DNA from: an uncultured Phycisphaerales bacterium
Lineage (GTDB): Bacteria > Planctomycetota > Phycisphaerae > Tepidisphaerales > Tepidisphaeraceae
Direction of reading: 5' to 3'
Assembly: GCA_963771925.1 (NCBI GenBank)
Contig: CAVYVE010000003.1
Span: 30,053-94,052, forward strand
Length of the DNA stretch: 64,000 nt
Shown here piece after piece: positions 10,307 through 20,734 of this stretch. The notes below the pieces were generated by a model. That model searched no databases, was not told where the DNA came from, and was given only the letters and a program-made list of their open reading frames with translations. The stretch's first letter is position 1. Every line of letters begins with the position of its first letter. Made by a program: the position numbers and the translations under genes.

Positions 10307-11772
10307 ATGAATCGGCTTTCTTTCGATATCGACGCGGTGATCGAGGGCAAGAGCCGGCTCAGCGAGGCCCAGGCGCTGGAGATTTATCAGTAACGCTTCC
10401 ATGCAGGATTTGGGCTCCTGGGCGCTGGCGGCGACGCAGCGGATGCATCCCGAGGATTACCGCACTTACGTCATCGACCGGAACATCAACTACACGAATG
10501 TCTGCACGGCCAAGTGCACGTTCTGCGCTTTTCGGCGCGATCATGAGGATTCCGACGCGTACACGCTTTCGTACGAGCAGATCGGGCAGAAGATCTCGCG
10601 AACTGGTGTGCCATCGGCGGAACGCAAATCCTCATGCAGGGCGGGATGAACGACCGACTGCCGATCGAGTATTACGAGGACCTGCTGCGTTACATCAAAA
10701 GCAATTTTCCCACGATCCATATCCACGCTTTTTCGCCGCCGGAGTTCGTGGAGTTCGAGCGGTTCTTTCAAATGGACGTTCGCGACATCATCCGCCGATT
10801 GCACAAGGCGGGCCTGGACACGATCCCCGGCGGCGGAGGGGAAATCTTCGCGCCGCGCGTTCGGCGGCGGATCGGCATCGGAAAATGCACCGGCGACGAT
10901 TGGCTTCGGGTCATGCGCGTTGCGCATGAGGAGGGGATGAACACGAGTTGCACCATGCTCATCGGGCATATCGAATTCGTTCGGGAGCGGATCGAGCACA
11001 TGGCGGCGCTGCGCGATATGCAGGATTATGCGAGGGCATTGCCTATTGCCAATTGCCTATTGCCTATTGGGAAGGGCCGCAATGACGTCATTCGGCGATG
11101 TCCAGGCCCGATGGCCGGGCGTATTTGCAAAATCCGTCGCCGATTGTTCCTCAATAGGCAATAGGCAATTGGCAATTGGCAATTATACGGCCTTCATCCA
11201 CTGGCCGTTCCAGCGTGAGAACACTCCGCTGGGCCGGGCGCAGGAATGGGACCCGGACGTGCACGGCCGATTTCGATGATTCGACCAACGAGGACATTCT
11301 GCGCGGGCGGGTGGTTCGCATGGCCGGGGCGCAGGAATATCTGCGCATGCTGGGGATCGCCCGGCTGTTTTTTGACAACATCGCGTCGTTGCAAAGCAGT
11401 TGGGTGACGATGGGCCCGAAGATCGGGCAACTCGCCATGTTTTTCGGGGCCAACGACATGGGCAGCGTCATGATGGAGGAAAACGTCGTCAGCGCGGCGG
11501 GGACGACGTATCGGCTCAGCGAGCGGGAGATTTGCCGGCTCATCCGCGACGCGGGATGGGTTCCGGCCCAGCGCGATCAGTATTACAACGTGCTTCGCCG
11601 GCACGATGGAGCGGATTCGCCCGATTTGGTTCCGCTCCAGAATCCGCCGGTGAGGAATGTGAATAAAATCGATAAGAAGTTCATCGGGACGGCGCCGGGG
11701 ATGGAGGATGGGAACGATCGAAACCTGAAAATGCAGTTGCCAATTTTGGGGGGCGAGAGACCCGCTGAATGA
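10307..11772 (+). pseudogene. radical SAM menaquinone (futalosine pathway) enzyme, MqnC/MqnE family, frame-broken and interrupted by a palindromic element
   Basis: Motifs present: DRNINYTNVCTAKCTFCAF (CxxxCxxC), ILMQGGMNDRLPIEYY, HIHAFSPPE, DTIPGGGGEIF, TAFIHWPFQRENTPL, SWVTMGPKIGQLAMFFGANDMGSVMMEENVVSAAG. The pieces lie in fragments 10013-10393 (tail), 10401-10649, 10634-11164, 11028-11279 and 11176-11772, so there are at least 4 frame changes. Confidence 0.8.
11038..11184. mobile_element. MITE-like palindromic insertion (about 32-bp imperfect terminal inverted repeats around an 82-bp core)
   Basis: The left arm ATTGCCTATTGCCAATTGCCTATTGCCTATTG (11038-11069) pairs with 11152-11183 as 25 bp, one mismatch, then 6 bp. 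The core contains the perfect palindrome AATGACGTCATT (11081-11092). The element sits where MqnC/E homologues have only a few residues between LRxxQD and TAFIPW. Confidence 0.5.
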
Positions 11773-11807
11773 AGTCCGCGAGCGGCGGGTGGCGAATATC
11801 AGGGGCG

Positions 11808-12370
11808 TCATGGGTTGCGGGCCGAGGATGTCGGCGGTGAATGTGTGCAGCTCGGCGGAGGGGTCGGTCCAGGCGTTTTCGGACATGCCGAGTTTTTCCG
11901 TGCACAATCGGGCCAGAAGCTGCTCTCGCGTCCATCCGGTGTCGCGCGCGACCTGGGGAAGAAACAGTCCCGTCCGGCCGCGGACGGTCAGATGAATCCC
12001 GTGTCGGGTCGGCTCGAAATCCAGCGGCGATGGGGCTTTTTCCAGGGGGCTGAGAATGGTGACTTCGATTTCAAGATCGGGCAATTCGTGACGGGTGACG
12101 GGCTGAGCGAGGAATCGCGGATCGCCTATCACGCATTCGGCCGCGGCTATGAGCGATTCGCGCAGCGATTTTGCCGGGGTCGAGAGTTCCGATGCATCCG
12201 CGCAGGGCATGTGGCTCGCGACGATGCAGGGAGACGAAACATCCCGCGGGTCGGGAAAAAATCGGATCGTCCAAGGGCAAGAGCGGGCGAGGGTCGCCGC
12301 CGAGCCGGCGGGTGACCACGTCGGCCGCCAGATCGAGAATGGCCCGGCTGGTCTGAGTGGGAATGTCCAT
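11808..12370 (-). CDS. AMMECR1 domain protein, frame-broken, 3' end uncertain
   Basis: It starts at ATG 12370 (MDIPTQTSRAIL...). Motifs present: GCFVSLH...LRGCIGTL, then in another frame GDPRFLAQPVTRHELPDLEIEVTILSPLE and GLFLPQVARDTGW...LLARLCTEKLG. The in-frame ORF runs antisense into the mqn gene, so a stop near 11808 (alternative frame) is assumed. Confidence 0.7.
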
Positions 12371-13070
12371 CGGACAATATCGTAACATCCCGCGCGCGAC
12401 GGAAAGCTGTTTGGGCGATCAGATTATCCACCGGCTTATGCACCGCCGATTCGCTTGTGCGGCAAGGGCTTGCGCACGGTGGTGGATAAGTGGTGGGCGG
12501 ATCTCGAAAAAAGCGAGGGATTTTTGTTGGAGGCGGATATATTCCCCTCCGTCGTCGGGCACGAAAGTGACCGGCGAAAAAGGAAAACGCTCCTGAAAAC
12601 GGAGTCCGGCTTTCCGAAAGCGATAGACCGTGCGAAGCAAGCAAATGCGGGCACGGCGAAAGTCGGCGGCCAGCGACAAGGCTACCCGAAACATCGGCGA
12701 AAAAAGGCCGAAAGGCAATCCGGGTTAGAGTCGCCGCCAGTGATCCGCGGATCGCGAAGAGAGAGTCTTCCGACACCCGCCGGATCGAGCCCAACATGCC
12801 GCGAGTGTTCTGGTAACGGAATGCCGAGCGGCGCGGATCCTAGGAACGGGCTCGGGAAAGCGAGACCCACGGCCGTCCAGTCGGGAAACCGCCAAGCCGC
12901 CCTATTGGGCGTGCGATCGCGGCGGAAACTGCCGCGATGATACCGTCTGTGTGAAAAGGCAGCCCCCTGTCGTTTCACACTGAGTGGACCGAGGCGGGCC
13001 CAGGCCCAGGAGCAGGTTGCCAAAAGATTCGGTCCGATACCAGAGATTGGTCGGCGAAAGCTGATTAAGA

Positions 13071-13107
13071 GGCCCACGCGGTGACGTCGCGAGTCACTTC
13101 GTGGGCC
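13071..13107 (-). terminator. hairpin 28 nt downstream of the TetR stop
   Basis: GGCCCACG...CGTGGGCC has an 8-bp outer stem and an inner GTGAC/GTCAC stem. T-rich tracts lie on both sides (TCTGGTTTTGG on the plus strand). Confidence 0.4.
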
Positions 13108-13134
13108 ATCTGGTTTTGGGGAAAATCTCATTTT

Positions 13135-13719
13135 TCACGCCCTTAATCCGCGCAGAATATACTCAATCGCGTCTTCCACTGAAAAATGATCGAACTGCCG
13201 CAGGTTCAGGGCGATCATCGCGTAGCCGATGCCGGTGTTGATCAGTTGCCAGGCGGGAATTTTGGGATTCAGGTTGTGGCGAAATTCGCCGGACTTTTGG
13301 CCGTCCGTGATGATCTTGCAGAAAAAACGCTCGATTTCGGAATAGTGCTGCTTCATGACGGACAGAACCTTGCGATCGCGGCTCGTGGCCAGAGCGCCAT
13401 GGATGACGTGATAGGCGTCCTCGTTGGCACGGATGTGTTCGGGAAAGTGGCGTGCGATGGCGCGAATCTTTTCGGTCGCGCCGCGGGAACCGGCGGTCAG
13501 CTCGCGCCAGTGACTGAGAGTTTGCTTGCTCATGGCGCGGGTGATGGTGACGAACATTTCCTGCTTGCTGGCGAAATGGCGATAGAGGATCGGCTCGGTG
13601 ACGCCGGAGGCGTCGGCGATGGCGGCGGTGGTCGCGGCGTTGTAACCCCACCGGGCGAATATCTTGGTCGCCACCGCGATCAGTTGCTCGCGTCGCTGAG
13701 GGGCCTTGAGCCGGCGCAT
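13135..13719 (-). CDS. TetR/AcrR family transcriptional regulator
   Basis: The HTH segment is REQLIAVATKIFARWGYNAATTAAIADASGVTEPILYRHFASKQEMF. The start is taken at MRRLKAP (ATG 13719) because the longer ORF N-terminus is the translated arm of a palindrome. Confidence 0.85.
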   Translation of the reverse strand: MRRLKAPQRREQLIAVATKIFARWGYNAATTAAIADASGVTEPILYRHFASKQEMFVTITRAMSKQTLSHWRELTAGSRGATEKIRAIARHFPEHIRANEDAYHVIHGALATSRDRKVLSVMKQHYSEIERFFCKIITDGQKSGEFRHNLNPKIPAWQLINTGIGYAMIALNLRQFDHFSVEDAIEYILRGLRA

Positions 13720-13776
13720 GCTGCGTGTGATAGCGGGGAACAACGGCGTTGGCAAATGGGCGCATTTTTCTACCGA

Positions 13777-13865
13777 GCCGGGGCGTGACTTCGGCGAGCT
13801 CAGTCGAGCCGTCGCCCCGGACCGGACCGACGGCTCGACTGAGCTCGCCGAAGTCACGGCCCGGC
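13777..13865. repeat. long intergenic hairpin (31-bp perfect stem, 13-nt loop)
   Basis: 13784-13814 pairs perfectly with 13828-13858, and the stem extends to 13777/13865 with one mismatch. It lies between the UxaC-like stop (13886) and the TetR start (13719), and TTCGTTTTC follows on the plus strand. Confidence 0.7.
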
Positions 13866-13885
13866 TTCGTTTTCAGGCTCCGTTT

Positions 13886-15200
13886 TCAGCGCGTCAGGAA
13901 TTCCGTGAAATTATCCTTGAGCAACAGTCGGACGTCGCGCTCGATGTCGGCGTTGCTTACGCGGCGGCCGGTGTCTTGCAGATCGGCGTATTTGTCGGTC
14001 AGGACCTTGGCAATAATCCGGCGGCTGTGATGCCATTTGTAAACCAATTGATCCAGAATGCGTGCGTCGGAATGCTGCGGAATAAAGCTCGTTCCGAGCA
14101 GTTCCAGGCGCATGCGCTCGATTTCTTCGATCAGGCTGGGATTGTTCAGGAACCACCAGCAGCCGAAGATCATGAGATTGCCGAATTTCCGCGCGGTGAC
14201 GCAAAGTTCGTGTTGGTTTTCGCGGGCGAGCATGGTGACGAGGAATTTGTTTGAGGGGAATTCGCGGCAAAGGTTGGCCACGGCCGCGATGTCGGCCTTG
14301 GCGGACATGTCGCCGCCGTCGCGCAGGCCCGGATTTACCCGCAGCTTTGAGCCGATCATCATGGCGAAGGGCAGGCCGCGCTCGGCGCAGACCGGCAAAA
14401 CGGCTTTTTCGAGGATGGTCTGGCCGGATTTCTCGACGGGGTCGGAGCCGCTGGGATATCGGAATTCCGGCGGAAGGCTGACGGCCAAATAAATCGCCTT
14501 CTGGCGATCGATCCACTCGCGGAGGAATCGGCGGACTTCCTCAACCGTGGCGGTGGAAATCTCGTCGGAGACCTTGAAGCCCCATTCGCCCAGCCGCTTC
14601 GCGGCGGTCGGCCACGTGCGCAGGAGCGGGTCGATCCGCAGCACGGCCTTGAATCGGGAATCGGACGCGACCGACGGATTCTTCAGCCAGCGGTTTCGCT
14701 CGTTGTCGTCGAAAACGGGATTGGTCATGGTGATCGAGGAAACGTTGCATAATTCCATGACGCGGTCGATGTATTTGCTCGGGTCCTGCTGGGCGAAAAA
14801 GGGACGATAGGCGTCGAGCGATTTTTCGTTGGGGTCGAGGCCGAGCAATTGCAGCGTCGTCAGCACGCCGCGGCAGGCTTCGCTGATGGGCGTGTGCTCG
14901 ACGAACAGATTTTTCCAGATGTGGTCGGCCTGTTGCTGTTTGGTCATCGTCCAGAACTGCTCGTAGGGAAGCGTCGTGGCAGGAACGACGCGGTACACCT
15001 CGGCGACGAGGTAGTGATACGTGACCAGTTCGTCGACGCCCCAGAGCATCAGGCCGGCCGGATCGGTCTGCGCCGGTCGAGTTGGCGACGGGCGTGCCGA
15101 AAGCCGGCGGATAAAGATGCGTGTGCATGTCGACGATGGCCTGGGCGTCGAGGGTGCGGGTGACGGTCTCGGCGAGTTGTGTGCGGGATTGGGTGTTCAT
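13886..15200 (-). CDS. glucuronate isomerase (UxaC)-like amidohydrolase, one frameshift
   Basis: The N-terminus MNTQSR...IVDMHTHLYPP is in fragment 14541-15290. The remaining 387 aa are in 13886-15049, with FGCWWFLNNPSLIEE...QHSDARILDQL resembling the UxaC C-terminal signature GSGWWFND...TDSR. Confidence 0.6.
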
Positions 15201-15364
15201 GGCGGCTCCGGTGCAAAGAGCGGCGACCTGCGGTCGCCCGCTAAGTAGTGCAATGCATATTAGAGTTGTCGGCCCGGACGGCAATGACAAAAGCAGTCAT
15301 TACTGTTATCTGAAACGCGGGCCGATTAAAATCCGCCCACTTCAAACAGCGCGAGGAGAACGCA

Positions 15365-16344
15365 ATGAGCAAGGGAATATGGGTTGTCGCGATCGTGCTG
15401 CTGCTGGGCGTGGCGGCAGCGGTGATTGTCCGAAAAGAGCAATCGCAACGGCACGGCGCTGACGATCGCCGTCATCCCCAAGGGCACGACGCATCAATAT
15501 TGGAAATCCGTTGAGGCGGGGGCGAAGGAAGCCGGCAGGGATTTGGGCGTCAACATCATTTACAAGGGATCGATGCAGGAGGATGACCGGGCCGGCCAGA
15601 TTTCCGTCGTCGAGCAGTTCGCCTCCGACAACGTGAGCGGAATCGTGCTGGCTCCGGTGGACAACGTCGCATTGGTTCCGGCCGTGCAGTCGGCGATGGC
15701 CAAGAAAATTCCCGTCGTCATCATCGACTCGTCCCTCGACGGCGAGCGCCGGCAAAGACTTTGTTTGCTATGTCGGCACGAACAACACGCTGGCCGGCAA
15801 GATGGGCGGAGAGGAACTGGCGAAACTTCTCGGCGGGAAGGGAAAGTACGTGCTGCTTCGCTATGCCGAAGGATCGGCCAGCACGATGCAGCGCGAGGCG
15901 GGGTTTCTCAGCGCGATGAAGGAAAATCCGGGGATGACGCCGCTGGTGATTAACAGATATGCCGGCACCAGCGTCAGCGAGGCAAAGGCCACGGCGCATT
16001 GAATCTGCTCGATCAGATCAGGCAGGCCGACGGGATTTTCTGCCCGAACGAATCCACGACGGTCGGGCATGCTGGACGTGCTGGAGCAAAACAATCTGGC
16101 GGGAAAGATTCATTTCGTCGGCTTCGACTGCGACGCCGAACTTGGTGGACGCGCTGAACAAAGGGAGAAATCGACGCGCTGGTGTCGCAGAATCCGACGA
16201 AGATGGCATACGAGGGCGTCAAGGCGTGCCTCGGGGCAATCCGCGGCGAGGCGCAGCCAGCCGGACATCGACAGCGGCGTGCAACTCATCACGCGGGACA
16301 ACCTCGACACGCCGGAGGTGCAGAAGCTGTTGTCGGGTGGTTGA
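15365..16344 (+). pseudogene. sugar ABC transporter substrate-binding protein (RbsB-like), at least 7 frame changes
   Basis: The signal peptide MSKGIWVVAIVLLLGVAAAV is followed by TIAVIPKGTTHQYWKSVEAGAKEAG, IVLAPVD, KIPVVIIDS, VGTNNTLAGKMGGE, LLRYAEGSASTMQREAGF, IFCPNESTTVGML, ATPNLVDALNKG, SQNPTKMAYEGV and ITRDNLDTPEVQKLL. These segments are scattered over all three frames. Confidence 0.8.
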
Positions 16345-16374
16345 TGGACATTTCTTACGAGATTTCACCGCCTG

Positions 16375-17866
16375 ATGCGAAGAGCGAAGCCGCGCCTGCG
16401 TATGGAAGGCGTGCGGAAACGATTCGGCGCGACCGTTGCGCTGGATGGGGTGGATTTATCCGTCGATTCCGGCGAGGTCTTGGCGCTGGTGGGCGAAAAC
16501 GGGGCGGGGAAAAGCACGCTGATGAAAGTTCTCTCCGGACGCACGCACCCGACGAGGGAAAAATGTGGCTGGAGGGCGGGAGTATCGGCCGCGCGATCCG
16601 CTGGAAGCGCGCCGCCGGGGCGTGGCGATGATTTATCAGGAACTGTCGCTGGCCAAGGACCTGAGCGTGATGGAGAACATTCTGCTGGGGATGGAGCCGG
16701 CGCGGGGGCCGTTTTTGCGGTGGTCGGAGATGAAACGCCGGGCGGCCGACGCGATGGCGCAGCTGGGACGGCCGGACATCGATCCGAGGATTTCGCTGGG
16801 AAAGCTTTCGCTGGCGCAGCAGCAATTGGTGGAGATCGCCCGCGCGATCTGCATCGGGTGCCGGGTGCTGGTCCTGGACGAGCCGACCAGCAGCCTGGCG
16901 CAATCGGATATCCGGCAGCTGTTTCGAACTGGTGAAGCGGCTGAAGGCCAGCGGATTGGCGATCATTTACATCTCGCATTTTCTGGAGGAAGTGCGGGAG
17001 ATTTCGGATCGGTTCACGGTCCTGCGCGACGGCAAAAGCGTCGGCGGTGGACCGACGGCGGCGACCGCGCACGGCCCAGATCATTTCCATGATGGTCGGC
17101 CGATCGGTCGATGATCTGTATCCGCGCTCGCGAGAAAGGCCGGGGAAGTGGTGCTGGAGGTCAAACATCTGGCCGGGGAATCGCAGGCCGGTCGATGCGA
17201 GCTTTTCGCTGCATCGAAGGTGAAGTCGTGGGGATTGCCGGGCTGATCGGGGCCGGACGCACCGAGCTGCTGCGCAGCATTTTCGGATTGGACCGGATCA
17301 AGAGCGGGGAGGTGCGCGATCGCGGCGTATGTCGGGCCCGCGTCGCCCGCGCGGCGATGGGCCGAGAAAGTGGGATTGCTCAGCGAAGACCGAAAAAGCG
17401 AAGGATTGGCGGTCGGTCTGAGCATCGCGGACAATCTGACGATGACGCGGCTGGGCTGGCTGGTGAATCCGACGACACAGGCGGCGCAATCGCGGCAATG
17501 GATTCAGAAGCTGCGGCATTCGCTGCCGCTCGCCGCGGCAGGCGGTGAGCGATCTGTCCGGCGGCAATCAGCAGAAGATCGCCGTCGCCCGGCTGCTGCA
17601 CCACGACGTGGACGTTTTCCTGCTGGACGAGCCGACGCGCGGCATCGACGTGGGATCCAAGGCGGAGATTTACCGGCTGATCGACGAACTGGCGTGCCGC
17701 GGCAAGGCGATCCTGATGGTCAGCAGCTATCTGCCGGAATTGCTCGGGCGTGTGCGACCGGATCGCGGTGATGTGCAAGGGCCGGCTGGTCCGGTCGGTT
17801 CCGGTGGATCAAACCAACGAACATCAGATTATGCTGGAAGCCACCGGCGCCCTGGAGACGGCATGA
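16375..17866 (+). pseudogene. sugar ABC transporter ATP-binding protein (RbsA/MglA-like, two ABC cassettes), at least 8 frame changes
   Basis: Motifs present: Walker [24 protein letters not shown], signature [14 protein letters not shown], Walker [12 protein letters not shown], a second Walker A GIAGLIGAGRTEL, a second signature [15 protein letters not shown], and [15 protein letters not shown]. Each lies in a different ORF-track fragment. Confidence 0.85.
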
Positions 17867-18903
17867 CGACCTCGCCGATACCGACGCAAACCTCCCCGCC
17901 GCCATCGCACGCCGAGTGCGCCGCCGTCCTCGGCCGAGCAGTTTTCCGACCTTCTGGGAACGATGGGGCCGATCGTGGGGCTGTTTTTCGTCTTCGCGAT
18001 CTTCGCCATTCTCGAGCCGAGAACATTTCTGACGCTGGATAACCTGCAGATCATTCTGCTGAACACGGCGGTGGTCGGCACCGCGGCGCTGGGGGCGACG
18101 GTCATCATCATCTCCGGCGGGATCGACTTGTCGGTGGGATCGAACATCGCGCTGTGCACGGTGGTCATCGCTTTGTGCCGACTGCACGGCCTGACGCCGA
18201 GCGTGGCGGCGCTGCTGCGGCATCGCCGCCGGCGCGAGCGTGGGCTTGCTCATCGGGCTGCTGGTGACGCAGTTCAATCTTTCGTCGTTCATCGTCACGC
18301 TCGGATTGTGGGGCGCGGTGCGCGGACTTGCGAAACGGCTGGCCGGCGGCAGCGAAATCTCGACCCAGCCGAGCTGGATCAGCCATCTTCTGCAAATGCT
18401 CCCGCCCGGACAGAAGTGGATGATCGTGCCGCCGGGCGTCTGGCTGCTGCTGGTCCTGAGCGTTTTCGTCGCGGCGGTGCTGCGATACACGCGGTTTGGA
18501 CGGCACGTCTTCGCCATCGGATCCAACGAACAGACCGCCCGCCTGTGCGGCGTCCCGGTCGACCAGAACCAAGCTGCTCATTTTCGTCTTCGCGACCGTC
18601 TTCGCCGGGATCGCCGGCGTGCTCCAGTTTTCCTATCTGAACAACCTCGGCGACCCCACCACCGCCAACGGATATGAACTGAACGTCATCGCCGCGGTGG
18701 TGATCGGCGGGGCAAGCCTTTCCGGCGGCAAGGGAAACATTTTCGGAACCCTCGTCGGGGCGCTGCTGATGACCATGGTGGCCAACGGATGCAACAAGAT
18801 TCCGAGCCTGACCAATGCCGATCAGGATATCGTGACCGGCGCGATCATCGTTGCGGCGGCGGGATTCGATCAGTTCCGGCAATCGCGGGGGATGGCAAAA
18901 TAG
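17863..18903 (+). pseudogene. sugar ABC transporter permease (RbsC-like), at least 3 frame changes
   Basis: The ATG at 17863 overlaps the ATPase stop (ATGA). Motifs present: GGIDLSVGS, FIVTLGLWGAVRGLA, RYTRFGRHVFAIGSNEQTARLCGVPV, VIGGASLSGGKGNIFGTLVGALLM. They lie in fragments 17963-18640, 18240-18677 and 18496-18903. Confidence 0.8.
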
Positions 18904-19274
18904 CGGTTTTACCGGGGTTTTTCTTCGCAGCGATCATGAACGCAAACGCAGGTGGCGGACGTGCATTCGTATGCGCGGGCCCGGCTGCAACAGGTCTTGC
19001 CGTCGCGTAAGACGCCAGTAGCCCGGCTTCACCACGCACTGGCATTTTGGACAGGCACATTTCACGGCGCAGACCATGCCTATGTTTTGGCGCAGGAATC
19101 GGAGCGAGTCAAAGATCGAAAACGCCCAGATTCCAACTGTCCCACCCGCAATGACTTGCCGGCTGTTGTGGGCCGGCCGTTTGCGAAAAATCTACGTGGG
19201 CGTGCTATACTTAGTGCGGAAGCATTCATCGGCCGGGCCGTTTGCCCGGGATTTGGAGCGCGTGGAGAACGGTT

Positions 19275-20076
19275 ATGAGTCGGTCAGATATCCCTTCGCG
19301 CGATGAAGGGAAAATGCCCAGCAAGGACATCACCCCGGTCCTCAAGGGCTGGGATTATGAGCCGGGCACCATCAACGTCCGCAAAATCAGCGGCATGGAC
19401 GGATCGCCCAAACTGCAAATGCGCGTCGATCTGGGCCTGCTGCAAATGGAAATGACCGGCCGTCCCGACGGCGCCCGCCCCCACGGCTGCGAATCACTCC
19501 TGGACTACTTCGAGCGCGAACTGAACGAGCACCGCATCCGCAACGGAACCGATCTCGGCTTCCAAATTACCGCGCGACCAATGCCAGGAGCTTCGCGAGG
19601 AAGCGGTCATGTACTACCAGCGATACCTGGGCCTGTTCGTGCTGGAGGATTTCAAGGCGGTCGTGCGCGACACGGCCCGCAATCTGCGCATGCTGGATTT
19701 CTGCGGCAAATTCGCCACCGACGAACAGGACCGGCTCATCCTTGAGCAATACCGGCCGTATATCATCATGATGAACTGCCGGGCCGAGGCTTCGATTTAT
19801 TTCAACAAGAAGGATTTCCGCACCGCCCTGGCCACGGTCCAGAAAGGCATGGAGAACATCCAGGAATTTTTCGCCCGGTTTGGACAGGAGGAGGCGTTCC
19901 ATCAATCGAACGAGGTTCGCGTGCTGAAGAAATTCGCCCGCGAAATTCGCCGCAAGATTCCCATCGATCCGATGACCCGCCTGCAACAGCAGTTGGACAA
20001 AGCGATCAAGATCGAGCGATACGAGGAGGCGGCCCGATTGCGCGATCAGATCAAGCGGATGCAAACCTCCGCCTGA
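19275..20076 (+). CDS. UvrB/UvrC-motif (UVR domain) protein, one frameshift
   Basis: The C-terminal segment LQQQLDKAIKIERYEEAARLRDQIKRMQ is a UVR motif. The N-part (19242-19745 frame) and C-part (19609-20076 frame) join near 19575-19605. Confidence 0.65.
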
Positions 20077-20169
20077 ATTCCAGCGCGGCGCGGCGGCTTC
20101 AGCCGCCGTGTTCCCAGCAATCCATTTCACCGGTAGACCATTTGATCTCCGCAATGTTATAAATCTTCC

Positions 20170-20734
20170 ATGCGGAGGAACCCCTGCGAAAACCTGCTCC
20201 TCTTCGCCTTCGCCGCCGCCCTGGCCGGCTGTTCCACAACCCCCCAACCCCCCTCCGCCAACGGCGGGCTGTTTCGCCAGCACAACGAAGGTTACAGCCT
20301 GCTCAACGATCTCATGAAAAAGGAGAGCAAGGTCGGGGACATCTTCATCATCAAAAGCGCGGATGACTCTGTGAAAACCCTCGTCAAGGAAATCGGCGCC
20401 GCCTGCGCAGGCGGCCAAAACGCAGATGGACCAGTTTCCCAAGCAGGACAACCGCATCGAATACGATGTTCCCGACCTGCCGTATATGGAAAAGAGGAGC
20501 CGCGATTTACAGGCCGACGACGACGAGAAAGCGCTGCTGCTTTCCAGCGGAAAGGATTTTGAGCGCCGGCTGATCTTCACGCAGGCCGAGGCCATGAATT
20601 ACGCAATGCAGTTGTGCAAAGCATTGGACGAGAAGGTAACCGATCCCGCCCGCAAGACTTTTCTGGCAAATCTGGCAAGACAGTGCGGGGATTTCCACGA
20701 CCAACTGATGAATCTCTTAGCCGTGAAAAGTTGA
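20170..20734 (+). CDS. hypothetical lipoprotein, one frameshift
   Basis: The signal peptide has a lipobox (LLLFAFAAALAGC). Fragments 20170-20562 and 20426-20734 join near 20410. Confidence 0.55.

Noticed and set aside
11194-11807. A 3' extension of the 338-aa minus-strand ORF 11194-12210 runs antisense through the mqn gene.
   Set aside because: Only the 5' part is AMMECR1-like. The remainder is low-complexity and lies opposite clearly conserved MqnC/E coding sequence, so it is probably read-through caused by a frame problem near 11800.
12700-13070. RNase P RNA, tmRNA or SRP RNA as the identity of the structured non-coding stretch.
   Set aside because: There is no GGAAAGUCC / ACAGAA..CGGCUUA pair (RNase P). 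There is no GGGG...UUCGAC 5' end or tRNA-like ...UCCACCA 3' end with a tag ORF (tmRNA). There is only a vague resemblance to the SRP domain IV motif.
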